Assembly: GCA_964608215.1 (NCBI GenBank)
Contig: CAZSMV010000001.1
Span: 68,083-132,082, forward strand
Direction of reading: 5' to 3'
Length of the DNA stretch: 64,000 nt
DNA from: an uncultured Staphylococcaceae bacterium
GTDB lineage: Bacteria > Bacillota_I > Bacilli_A > RFN20 > CAG-826
Shown here: in pieces, positions 49,631-58,023 of the stretch
Position numbering within the stretch: position 1 is the first letter of the stretch
How the letters are laid out: every line of letters starts with the position of its first letter
Position numbers and translations under genes: made by a program
Notes under the pieces: generated by a model
The model's database searches: none
Told to the model about the DNA's origin: nothing
The model's input: only the letters and a program-made list of their open reading frames with translations

Positions 49631-50254
49631 TTATTTACTTTCATCCTTTTTATTATCTTTTTTGTCTTTTTCTTTAATCATTAAGACTATTTCGTAAATT
49701 AAAAGCATGAAAATCCCAACACATAAACAACTATCAGCGAAATTGAAAATTCCAAATCCTTTAATTAAAGGAGTAATATCAATAAAGTCCACCACGCCTT
49801 TAGAATATATTGTATCTAAAGGCATAAAGGAAAGTGTTCGATCAATTAAATTTCCAACATCACCTGCCAAGATAATCATTAATATAGCTTTAACAAATTT
49901 TGATAATTTTTTTCTATTTTTAAAATAATAATAGATAATAAAAGCTGCAGCTGCATAGCTTATAAAGCAAAGTAAAATTCTTGTTACGAGGTTATCGCCA
50001 CCTGCACCCCATGCAGCCCCTGTATTAAAAGTTAAAGTTAATTGAACTAACCATTCAAAACCTTTTATTTTAACAGAAGAATTTGTTGGTAAATTATAAT
50101 AAGCAATAAATTTTGTAGCAATATCGATTATAAAAAGTACGATTGCAAGCCATATAAATGATTCAAAAAACCATTTAATGAATCTTCCAAATTTGGAAGA
50201 TTCATTATTTTCTTTCTTACTTATTTCTTCAGGACTTTTTGACATCTCTTGCAT
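49631..50254 (-). CDS. lspA: lipoprotein signal peptidase II, with a charged N-terminal extension
   Basis: Conserved NxGAAWG-like region (FNTGAAWGAGGD), GNLIDR and FNFAD motifs. The start overlaps the ileS 3' end by 34 nt (25 nt if the second ATG is used). Confidence 0.8.
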   Translation of the reverse strand: MQEMSKSPEEISKKENNESSKFGRFIKWFFESFIWLAIVLFIIDIATKFIAYYNLPTNSSVKIKGFEWLVQLTLTFNTGAAWGAGGDNLVTRILLCFISYAAAAFIIYYYFKNRKKLSKFVKAILMIILAGDVGNLIDRTLSFMPLDTIYSKGVVDFIDITPLIKGFGIFNFADSCLCVGIFMLLIYEIVLMIKEKDKKDNKKDESK

Positions 50255-52980
50255 ACATGAGCTCCTTCAATTTCGTCTATTTCATTTTCTTCAAAATAGT
50301 TCCAACAACGATCACACTTTGTTCCTTGGTGATGTTTTACTAGTACTTTTGCAACTTCACCACTATAGCCTTCACTTAATGAATTAACGAATTTTATTTG
50401 ACTTACAATAAATGATTCTTTTAGAAGATTCTTGTCTAAGCCATTTATGAATCCTTTAAGTTCATCTTTGGTTATTTGAATTTCAACATAAGCTTCTTGA
50501 GAGGAGTGGATAATATTTTCATTTCTCTTTTCTTCGATTGCTTTTAAAACATCATTTCTTAATGTAATAACATTCTTTTGGAATGTTTCAATTAATTTTG
50601 TATCAAGATCATTGTGCTTTTCAGGATATCTATATAGTTGAACATTATCTTTAGTCTTTAATGAGAAATTTTGATTAACTTCATCCATCGTAAATGGAAG
50701 GATTGGGTTTAATAATCTCATTAATGTAGAGACGCATTCAGCAAAAACGGTTTGTATTTGTTTTCTTCTTAAATCATCCTTTTTATCGCAATATAGTGAA
50801 TCTTTAGTAATATCTAAGTAGAAAGATGACAAATCATCACTAATAAACTTAAATAAAGCATTCATAGCACAATTAAAATTGAATTTTTCAAAACTATCGA
50901 TAAAGTAGTTAGTAACTTCGTGTAATCTTTGAATAATATATTTATCGACCAAAGTTAAATTATCATAAGAAACTTTATCTTTTTCTTTGAAATGTTCATC
51001 ATTTCCATTTATTAAGTTAGAAAGCATAAATTTGAATGTATTTCTAATTTTTCTATAGCCTTCAACATTTTGCTTTACTAGATTTTCACTAATTCTAACA
51101 TCTTGTTGGTAATCTGTAGTAGCAACCCATAATCTTAAAATATCGGCGCCAAATACATTTGCAATTTTAATTGGATCAATTCCATTTCCTGCAGATTTTG
51201 ACATTTTTTCCCAATGTTCATCTAAAACATAGCCATGAGAAACGACGTTTTGATATGGTGCTTTATCATAGCATGCAACAGATATGATAAGCGATGAATT
51301 AAACCATCCACGATATTGGTCGCTACCTTCTAAATAAAGATCTGCTGGATATTTTTGACCTCTTTCTTTTAAGACACCAGCAAAACTAGAACCACTATCA
51401 AACCAAACATCCATAATATCTTTTTCTTTTTTAAAAATGCCATTTGGTGAATGAGTATTTTTATATCCTTTTGGTAATAATTCAAGTTCACTTTTGGTGT
51501 ACCATGCATTACTACCTTCTTTTCTAATTATTGATTCTATATTTTCAAAGACTTCTTTTTCTATAATTGGAGTTCCATCTTCACAATATATAATAGGAAG
51601 AGGCACACCCCAAATTCTTTGTCTACTTATGCACCAATCATTACGATCTTTAATCATATTTTTCATTCTTTGGCATCCCCATTCAGGTGTCCAATGAACT
51701 TTATCGATTTCATTTAATAATTCTTGTCTAATAGGGTCTATAGAACAGAACCATTGTGGAGTTGCTCTAAAAATAACTGGTTTATGAGTGCGCCAATCAT
51801 GAGGATAACTATGAATGATATCTTCTTCTTTAAGCAATAAATTATTTTCTTTTAAGATATCTAAAACAACTTTATTAGCATCTTCATAGAAAAGTCCTGC
51901 AAGCCTTGGACCGCATTCTTCCATCATTTTTCCATGTTCATCAACTGGACAATAAGGTTTTATTCCATATTTTAAACAAACATTATAGTCATCTTCACCA
52001 TGCCCTGGAGCGATGTGAACTAAACCAGTACCATCTGAATCTGTAACATAATCGCCATTAATTACCAAACTATCTCTATCATAGAAAGGATGCTTACAAA
52101 CGATTCCTTCAAGTTCTTTTCCTTTAAAATTTTTTATTAAGTAACATTTTGTGAAACCGATGTGTTCAACTATTTTTTCTTTTAATGAAGTTAAGAAAAC
52201 AAATTTCCCTAAATTTGTTTCATATAACCCATATATAAAATCTGGGTGAGCGCAAATTGCTAAATTTGCTGGAAGTGTCCAAGGAGTTGTAGTCCAAATA
52301 ATAAATTTTGTGTCGATTGGAACGATATTTTTTGTATCTTTAACACTAAAAGCAACATAAACTGTATATGCCTTTACATCATGATATTCGATTTCAGCTT
52401 CTGCAAGTGCAGATTCACTTGAAGGTGACCAATAAACTGGTTTTAAGCCTTTATAGATTAAACCTTTTAAAGCCATAATTGAAAAACAATGGATTTCATC
52501 GGCTTCATATTCTTTTTTAAGAGTTAAATATGGGTTTTTATAATCACCTAAAACACCCAGTCTTAAAATGCCAGCTTTTTGATTTTCAACTTGTTTTAAA
52601 GCATATTCCTTGCACTTTTCTCGGAATTCTGGGAGAGGAGTTGTTTTTCTATTAACACCACTTTTTGTAACTTGATTTTCTATTGGAAGTCCATGAGTAT
52701 CCCAGCCTAAAACAAAAGGCGTTTTATAACCTTGCATATTTTTGAATCTAACAACAAAATCTTTTAAAACTCTGTTGAGCATATGTCCACAATGCATAGC
52801 ACCATTTGCATATGGTGGACCATCATGGAGAATATATTCTCCAAGATCCCTATCTTCTTGCATTTTGTTATAAATATCATCATCTTGCCATTTTTTAACT
52901 AAAATTGGTTCTTTTTGATTGAGATTACCTCTCATTTCAAAGTTACTTTTTCCCATTAATAAACTTTCTTTAAGTTCCAT
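50221..52980 (-). CDS. ileS: isoleucyl-tRNA synthetase
   Basis: HIGH-class motifs (PYANGAMHCGH), KMSKS and a C-terminal zinc finger (CDRCWNY...CKRC). 919 aa. Confidence 0.9.
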   Translation of the reverse strand: MELKESLLMGKSNFEMRGNLNQKEPILVKKWQDDDIYNKMQEDRDLGEYILHDGPPYANGAMHCGHMLNRVLKDFVVRFKNMQGYKTPFVLGWDTHGLPIENQVTKSGVNRKTTPLPEFREKCKEYALKQVENQKAGILRLGVLGDYKNPYLTLKKEYEADEIHCFSIMALKGLIYKGLKPVYWSPSSESALAEAEIEYHDVKAYTVYVAFSVKDTKNIVPIDTKFIIWTTTPWTLPANLAICAHPDFIYGLYETNLGKFVFLTSLKEKIVEHIGFTKCYLIKNFKGKELEGIVCKHPFYDRDSLVINGDYVTDSDGTGLVHIAPGHGEDDYNVCLKYGIKPYCPVDEHGKMMEECGPRLAGLFYEDANKVVLDILKENNLLLKEEDIIHSYPHDWRTHKPVIFRATPQWFCSIDPIRQELLNEIDKVHWTPEWGCQRMKNMIKDRNDWCISRQRIWGVPLPIIYCEDGTPIIEKEVFENIESIIRKEGSNAWYTKSELELLPKGYKNTHSPNGIFKKEKDIMDVWFDSGSSFAGVLKERGQKYPADLYLEGSDQYRGWFNSSLIISVACYDKAPYQNVVSHGYVLDEHWEKMSKSAGNGIDPIKIANVFGADILRLWVATTDYQQDVRISENLVKQNVEGYRKIRNTFKFMLSNLINGNDEHFKEKDKVSYDNLTLVDKYIIQRLHEVTNYFIDSFEKFNFNCAMNALFKFISDDLSSFYLDITKDSLYCDKKDDLRRKQIQTVFAECVSTLMRLLNPILPFTMDEVNQNFSLKTKDNVQLYRYPEKHNDLDTKLIETFQKNVITLRNDVLKAIEEKRNENIIHSSQEAYVEIQITKDELKGFINGLDKNLLKESFIVSQIKFVNSLSEGYSGEVAKVLVKHHQGTKCDRCWNYFEENEIDEIEGAHVCKRCQKVLKK

Positions 52981-53215
52981 TTTTAACTCCTCCTTTAAAA
53001 AATAAACGTCCTTAGAAACTTATTCTAAGGACGTAATATACGCGGTACCACCTTAGTTATAGAAGAATAATTCTTCTATCACTTACTTTAAATAAAACTT
53101 TTTTCAAAGTGATATTTTGTTTATTTATATTTGATTTTTCACCACATCAATCTCTCTCTAAAATAGTTATAAACAAAACTTGTCTTTTACTTTTTATATA
53201 ATATTTAATTGATTT
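52981..53215 (-). promoter_or_regulatory. T-box riboswitch leader of ileS (Ile specifier candidate AUC)
   Basis: Minus strand contains an AGAGAGAG box, then the candidate specifier loop GAAAAAUCAAA, then the T-box AACTAAGGTGGTACCGCG. A terminator (ACGTCCTTAGAA-taa-TTTCTAAGGACGT followed by TTTATTTTTT) ends at an SD (AAAGGAGGAG) and the ATG. Confidence 0.8.
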
Positions 53216-53226
53216 TGCCAAATCAA

Positions 53227-54378
53227 TTACTTTCCATTTAAGAAATTTGGAATAATATCTTGATCATCATTTGGAATTTCATCTTTAACTTCTTCAAAAT
53301 CTTGTGAAGGTTGAACTCCAACATTTTCAGCGTCATTATTATCATTGAATAATGGAGCATTATCAATTGTCTTTTCTTTTTTCAAAAGAGTTGATGAATC
53401 AAGTTTTTGTGTACTTGAGAAGTCAATTTCGGTATCGAAATCTCCAGCAATTATTGATACATAAATTTGATCAGATAATTGATCGTTTATCGCTATACCA
53501 AATTTAAGATCGATTCTTCCACCGCTTTGTTCAATAATTTTTTCAACAGTTTCTTGACATTCAAATAATGAAACTTGAGGACCACATGTTATGTGGCAAA
53601 TAGCTTTCCTTGCTCCCCTAATTGATTGTTCAATTAATGGGCAATTTAATGCATTGAGGGCAGCATCTTCACTTCTATTTTCACCTTCTCCAGTTCCAAA
53701 GCCAATTAATGCAACACCTGAATTTTCAAGTGTTCTTCTAACATCAGCAAAATCAAGATTAATTATTGCAGGAGTTAAAATTAGATCAGTAACAGTTTGA
53801 ACTGATTGGGCTAAAACTTTATCTGATTCGCTAAATGCTTGACCAACTGGTAAGTTTCCTGCATCCATTAAAAGTTTATCATTGCTAACAACAATCATAG
53901 CATCGCAATTTGCTTTTAAATTGTTAAGTCCTTCAACGCTCAGGGCTAATTTCTTTGTTCCTTCAAATGTAAATGGACGAGTAACAATGCCAATAGTTAA
54001 TGCGCCAGCTTCTTTTGCAGTTCTTGCAATAACAGGAGCAGCACCAGTACCAGTACCTCCACCCATACCAGCGGCAATAAATACCATATTACAATTTTCA
54101 ACAATTTGCTTAATTTCATCAATTGATGATTCTGCAGCTTTAGCTCCAATTGTTGGATCGCCACCAGCACCTAAACCATTTGTTAATGATTCGCCGAGAA
54201 TTAATCTATTTGGAGCTTTGCTTAAAGATAAAGCTTGTTTATCAGTATTTGCAACATAAAATGAAACATTTGCAATGTTATCATCAATCATTCTATTAAC
54301 TGCATTATTTCCGGCTCCACCAACACCTATTACTGCTATCTTGGCAACGGGCTCAAAATTGTCTAAATCTTCATTCAT
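53227..54378 (-). CDS. ftsZ: cell division GTPase FtsZ
   Basis: Tubulin signature GGGTGTG and the GVGGAGNNAVNRM N-terminal motif. 383 aa. Confidence 0.9.
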   Translation of the reverse strand: MNEDLDNFEPVAKIAVIGVGGAGNNAVNRMIDDNIANVSFYVANTDKQALSLSKAPNRLILGESLTNGLGAGGDPTIGAKAAESSIDEIKQIVENCNMVFIAAGMGGGTGTGAAPVIARTAKEAGALTIGIVTRPFTFEGTKKLALSVEGLNNLKANCDAMIVVSNDKLLMDAGNLPVGQAFSESDKVLAQSVQTVTDLILTPAIINLDFADVRRTLENSGVALIGFGTGEGENRSEDAALNALNCPLIEQSIRGARKAICHITCGPQVSLFECQETVEKIIEQSGGRIDLKFGIAINDQLSDQIYVSIIAGDFDTEIDFSSTQKLDSSTLLKKEKTIDNAPLFNDNNDAENVGVQPSQDFEEVKDEIPNDDQDIIPNFLNGK

Positions 54379-54392
54379 ATTACAAAACCTCC

Positions 54393-55628
54393 TTATAATT
54401 CATCTTTAGTTTCACTATATACATGGTGTTCTTTTTCACGTTTAATTTCATTAATTCGACCTTTAATCTCATCTTCTAAAGTACCTTTGTAAACTGAAGA
54501 AAGTAAGATTGCACCAGCACAATTTATAATACTTGAATCTTGAACTCCAACATTTGGTAAAACAGGGAAATTACAAGTAAAGTTAGTTATAAATTTATTT
54601 AAATAATTTTTAAACCCATTAATTTTAAAATTTTCACCAATAAAAACTAAATTTAAACTTGATAACATATCACGATATTCAGCAGTTATGTCTGCTAAAG
54701 TATCATTAAATTGAGTTATAAAATCTTGGAAATATTTAACAACAATGGCGTTTAAATCATCTTGATAGAATTTAATTTCTTTTCCATTAATAGTTGTAGT
54801 ACATATTGGAGGATTCAAAGTTGATTTTCTATCGTCATAGCCGTATAAATTAACTAATTCTTCAGCATCAGCGTTTAATAAATTAAAACTTGCAGCAACT
54901 CTATCGACTAAAACATCGAATCCAAGAGAAAAGAATTTTGAAGAATAAACAACATTATTGCCAACAAAGGACAAACTTGTAGTTTTTCTTCCACTATCAA
55001 CTAAAACATAAGTAACAATTGTATATCTATAATTTGCAAATAATTGCGAAGCAGCAATTGGAGCAATTACATTTCTACGAACTTGAATTCCAGCACGTGC
55101 AACAGCATCCATTAAATCTTGAACTAAATTAGTATTTAATGAATAAATATTTGCATCAATAAGAATTTGACTACTTACTTCACCAATAGGAGGTTCTGTA
55201 AATTTTTTATTTCCATCAATTAAAAAATAATTTGGAACAATATCAATAACAGAAAGACTTTGATTTGGTATCTTTTCTTTTTTTAGCATCATAATATCGT
55301 TAGATATATCAATTTTTTCAATTTTTGATGTAGGTGAAACGACTGTTGTTTGCTTTTGGCTACTATAAACCTCTAAGCCGTATGGAGGTAAAACAAGGGC
55401 TACTTCGTTAACATTGATTTTTACATTATGATCATGATCTTCAATAACCATAATGTTTTTGATATCATTTGTTAAACTACTGCTATCTAAAACTTCGCCA
55501 TCTTTTAAGGCTACTGAGAGAGGTCTTACGACACAATTAGTAATGTTCACCTTGTTATCCTGGACATTACCTAATACAAGAGTAATTGTTTTACTTCTTA
55601 TCTCTAACGCTGCAATTTCTTTTTCCAT
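54393..55628 (-). CDS. ftsA: cell division protein FtsA (divergent actin-like ATPase)
   Basis: Sits immediately upstream of ftsZ in the same orientation. The N-terminus IAALEIRSKTITLVLGNV resembles the FtsA phosphate-1 region. 411 aa. Confidence 0.7.
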   Translation of the reverse strand: MEKEIAALEIRSKTITLVLGNVQDNKVNITNCVVRPLSVALKDGEVLDSSSLTNDIKNIMVIEDHDHNVKINVNEVALVLPPYGLEVYSSQKQTTVVSPTSKIEKIDISNDIMMLKKEKIPNQSLSVIDIVPNYFLIDGNKKFTEPPIGEVSSQILIDANIYSLNTNLVQDLMDAVARAGIQVRRNVIAPIAASQLFANYRYTIVTYVLVDSGRKTTSLSFVGNNVVYSSKFFSLGFDVLVDRVAASFNLLNADAEELVNLYGYDDRKSTLNPPICTTTINGKEIKFYQDDLNAIVVKYFQDFITQFNDTLADITAEYRDMLSSLNLVFIGENFKINGFKNYLNKFITNFTCNFPVLPNVGVQDSSIINCAGAILLSSVYKGTLEDEIKGRINEIKREKEHHVYSETKDEL

Positions 55629-55732
55629 AACTATTAATAATTATATTATTAATGGAATATATTTACAATTAAAAAAAGTTTAAAATACCTTGGCTAAATT
55701 AGGTCTAAATTAGTAGATATTTAGTATATTTT

Positions 55733-55766
55733 TATAATAAAAAAACGGAAAATTTCCGTTTTTTTG
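55733..55766. terminator. bidirectional intrinsic terminator between the mraZ operon and ftsAZ
   Basis: AAAAAAA-ACGGAAA-a-TTTCCGT-TTTTTTT, a perfect hairpin flanked by an A-run and a T-run. Confidence 0.75.
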
Positions 55767-55818
55767 AAGGAGGGTTTTATTAAATGCTTAACTGCATTGT
55801 CATATAATTTTTGACTAA

Positions 55819-56022
55819 TTAAAAATGTAAATAATTAGTATCTAAATTTACACTATTCTTTTCAGCCTTTGAAACTTCATTTGCTTTAACAACATTTAAA
55901 CCAAAGCTAATTGGTAAAGCAATTAAAACAGATGATAAAACAAAAATTGAGCATCCAACGCAAACTTTTTTAAATACATAATATGCGGCTTTGTGATTAT
56001 ATCTAACTAATTTATCTTTCAT
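55819..56022 (-). CDS. small bitopic membrane protein, possibly an FtsL/DivIC-like division protein
   Basis: 67 aa with a strong SD (AAGGAGAAA): basic N-terminus, one TM, short extracytoplasmic tail. It occupies the ftsL position directly after rsmH. Confidence 0.45.
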   Translation of the reverse strand: MKDKLVRYNHKAAYYVFKKVCVGCSIFVLSSVLIALPISFGLNVVKANEVSKAEKNSVNLDTNYLHF

Positions 56023-56032
56023 AGGTTTCTCC

Positions 56033-56977
56033 TTATTTCACTCTTTCTAAAATTCTTAATTTTGCACTTTTTGCACGATGATTATCAGCTAACTCTTGTT
56101 CTCCTGCTATAATGACTTTTTTATTAATTTCCTTATAATCAGGAGTTTTAATATCTTTTGGATTTATATAATCATTAATTCTATTTCCTTCAATGATTGA
56201 ATATTTTCGATATAAATTTTTAACTATCTTATCTTCTAATGATTGGAAAGATATGACACATACTCTTCCATGAACTTTCAAAGATTTAATCACATCTTCT
56301 AAAGCTTTACTTAAAACATTAAGTTCATCATTTACTTCAATTCTTAATGCTTGAAATATTTGCTTAGCAGGATGTCCGATAATTTCTAATTCTTTCTTAG
56401 GTTTAGAAGCTTTAATTATGTCCACAAGTTCGAAAGTTGTTTCTATTGGTTTAACTACTCTTTTGCGAACAATATTTTTGGCTATTTGATAAGAATATCG
56501 ATCCTCACCATATTCCTTAAAAACACGTGTTAATTCTTTTAAAGAATATGTATTAATAATATCTTTAGCTGTCAAAGAACAATTGAGGTCCATTCTCATA
56601 TCTAATGGTGCATCATATCGATATGAAAATCCTCGATAATCTTCATCAAATTGTGGTGAACTTACTCCTAAATCAAATAAAGCACCATCAATTTCTTTGA
56701 TGTTTAGTTCATCTAAAACTTTTCTAATGTTTACAAAATTTGTTTTTATAATTTTGTAATTTGAAGAAATTTTAGATAACTTTTGTTGACTTGCTTCAAT
56801 TGCTTCATCATCTTGATCAAGTCCAATTAACATACCTTTAGTATCAAGTTTTTTTAATATTTCTGAACTATGTCCAGCTCTTCCTAAAGTTAAGTCTATA
56901 TAAATGCCATCTTTTTTAATGTTTAATCCTTCTATCACTTCATTAAGTAATACAGGCTTATGCTCGTTACTTTTCAT
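56033..56977 (-). CDS. rsmH: 16S rRNA (cytosine1402-N4)-methyltransferase RsmH (MraW)
   Basis: SAM-binding DLTLGRAGHS, and the mraZ-rsmH arrangement. 314 aa. Confidence 0.9.
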   Translation of the reverse strand: MKSNEHKPVLLNEVIEGLNIKKDGIYIDLTLGRAGHSSEILKKLDTKGMLIGLDQDDEAIEASQQKLSKISSNYKIIKTNFVNIRKVLDELNIKEIDGALFDLGVSSPQFDEDYRGFSYRYDAPLDMRMDLNCSLTAKDIINTYSLKELTRVFKEYGEDRYSYQIAKNIVRKRVVKPIETTFELVDIIKASKPKKELEIIGHPAKQIFQALRIEVNDELNVLSKALEDVIKSLKVHGRVCVISFQSLEDKIVKNLYRKYSIIEGNRINDYINPKDIKTPDYKEINKKVIIAGEQELADNHRAKSAKLRILERVK

Positions 56978-57398
56978 CTTTTAATAGGTCTTCTGCATCT
57001 TTCTCAAAATCTTTTTCGTGATCATCACGGTATTTTTCCCATGACGCACTATCCCAAATTTCGAAATGATCAAGTAGGCCAATGATTTTAACAGCTTTGC
57101 CAATAGAATACTTTTGAAGTGTTTTTGTTGGAATTTGCATTCTTCCTGCTTTATCAAGTGTTAATTCCACTACTGTTTCAAGAAGAACTCTAAGATGGAG
57201 TCTGGCTTTCTCCCTCTCAAATTGTAGAGATTGGAGCTTTGTAAGTGCATTATTGAAATCTGACTCTTTATAGATTGAAATACAGCCGTCATATCCTTTC
57301 ATGAGATATAATTTCTCACCAATTTCATTTCTGAATTTGCTAGGAATAACAAGACGCCCTTTATCATCTAATGAGTAATCATAGCTTCCAAGAAACAT
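56967..57398 (-). CDS. mraZ: transcriptional regulator MraZ
   Basis: Duplicated DxxxR motif (DDKGRLVIP...DKAGRMQIP). Begins MFLGSY... 143 aa. Confidence 0.85.
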   Translation of the reverse strand: MFLGSYDYSLDDKGRLVIPSKFRNEIGEKLYLMKGYDGCISIYKESDFNNALTKLQSLQFEREKARLHLRVLLETVVELTLDKAGRMQIPTKTLQKYSIGKAVKIIGLLDHFEIWDSASWEKYRDDHEKDFEKDAEDLLKDEK

Positions 57399-57532
57399 AT
57401 CTTACACTTTCTCCCACTTTCTACCACTTATGATTATATTATATATAAAAAAAGAATCTTTGCAACTATTTTTGCAAAAATTCTTTTTAATTATTTTAAC
57501 GATGTAATCGAGATTTTTTGATTTTTATATAT

Positions 57533-58021
57533 TTAATCTCCAAAATCGATATCTTTTAAAGCATCAAAAGCATTCCCACCATTATTTTCTTTCTCTTTTT
57601 TGAATTCTTCTTCTGATAAAACGCGATAACCATCGCCTTTTGGAAGTTTTTCACCAGATTTGTGGATATTTAGTGGGATTGAAGTTATTAAAAGCGAGTA
57701 AATATAATTATCAAGATCAATTTCATCATTTATCAAAATGAAATCTTCATCGCCTAATTCTTTAGAATTTGTGAAATATAATTCATCAATAATCTTAATA
57801 TTCGTTTTGAAAACATTGCTTGTATAGCTAGAAACAACATCAACATTAAAATTGATATTTAGTTTTATAATCAAAGAATGATCAAATTTTGTTAATTCAA
57901 TTTTGCCACTGCTTGAATTAACAGCTTTTAAAGTTCTATCGTTACCATTGATATAATCTTTTAAGAGAGAATTATAATTCAGAATTTCATGGTCTTTAAT
58001 TTGATTAAAATAAATTTTCAT
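57533..58021 (-). CDS. hypothetical protein
   Basis: 162-aa ORF starting 2 nt after the pheT stop and probably co-transcribed. Acidic C-terminus, no cysteines, no recognisable motif. Confidence 0.5.
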   Translation of the reverse strand: MKIYFNQIKDHEILNYNSLLKDYINGNDRTLKAVNSSSGKIELTKFDHSLIIKLNINFNVDVVSSYTSNVFKTNIKIIDELYFTNSKELGDEDFILINDEIDLDNYIYSLLITSIPLNIHKSGEKLPKGDGYRVLSEEEFKKEKENNGGNAFDALKDIDFGD

Positions 58022-58023
58022 GA

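Noticed and set aside
55767-55810. Strong SD (GAAGGAGGG) plus ATG on the plus strand right after the bidirectional terminator
   Set aside because: The ORF is only 7 codons (MLNCIVI) before a stop. The GGAGG is more simply the complement of sequence in the 3' UTR of the minus-strand 67-aa gene.
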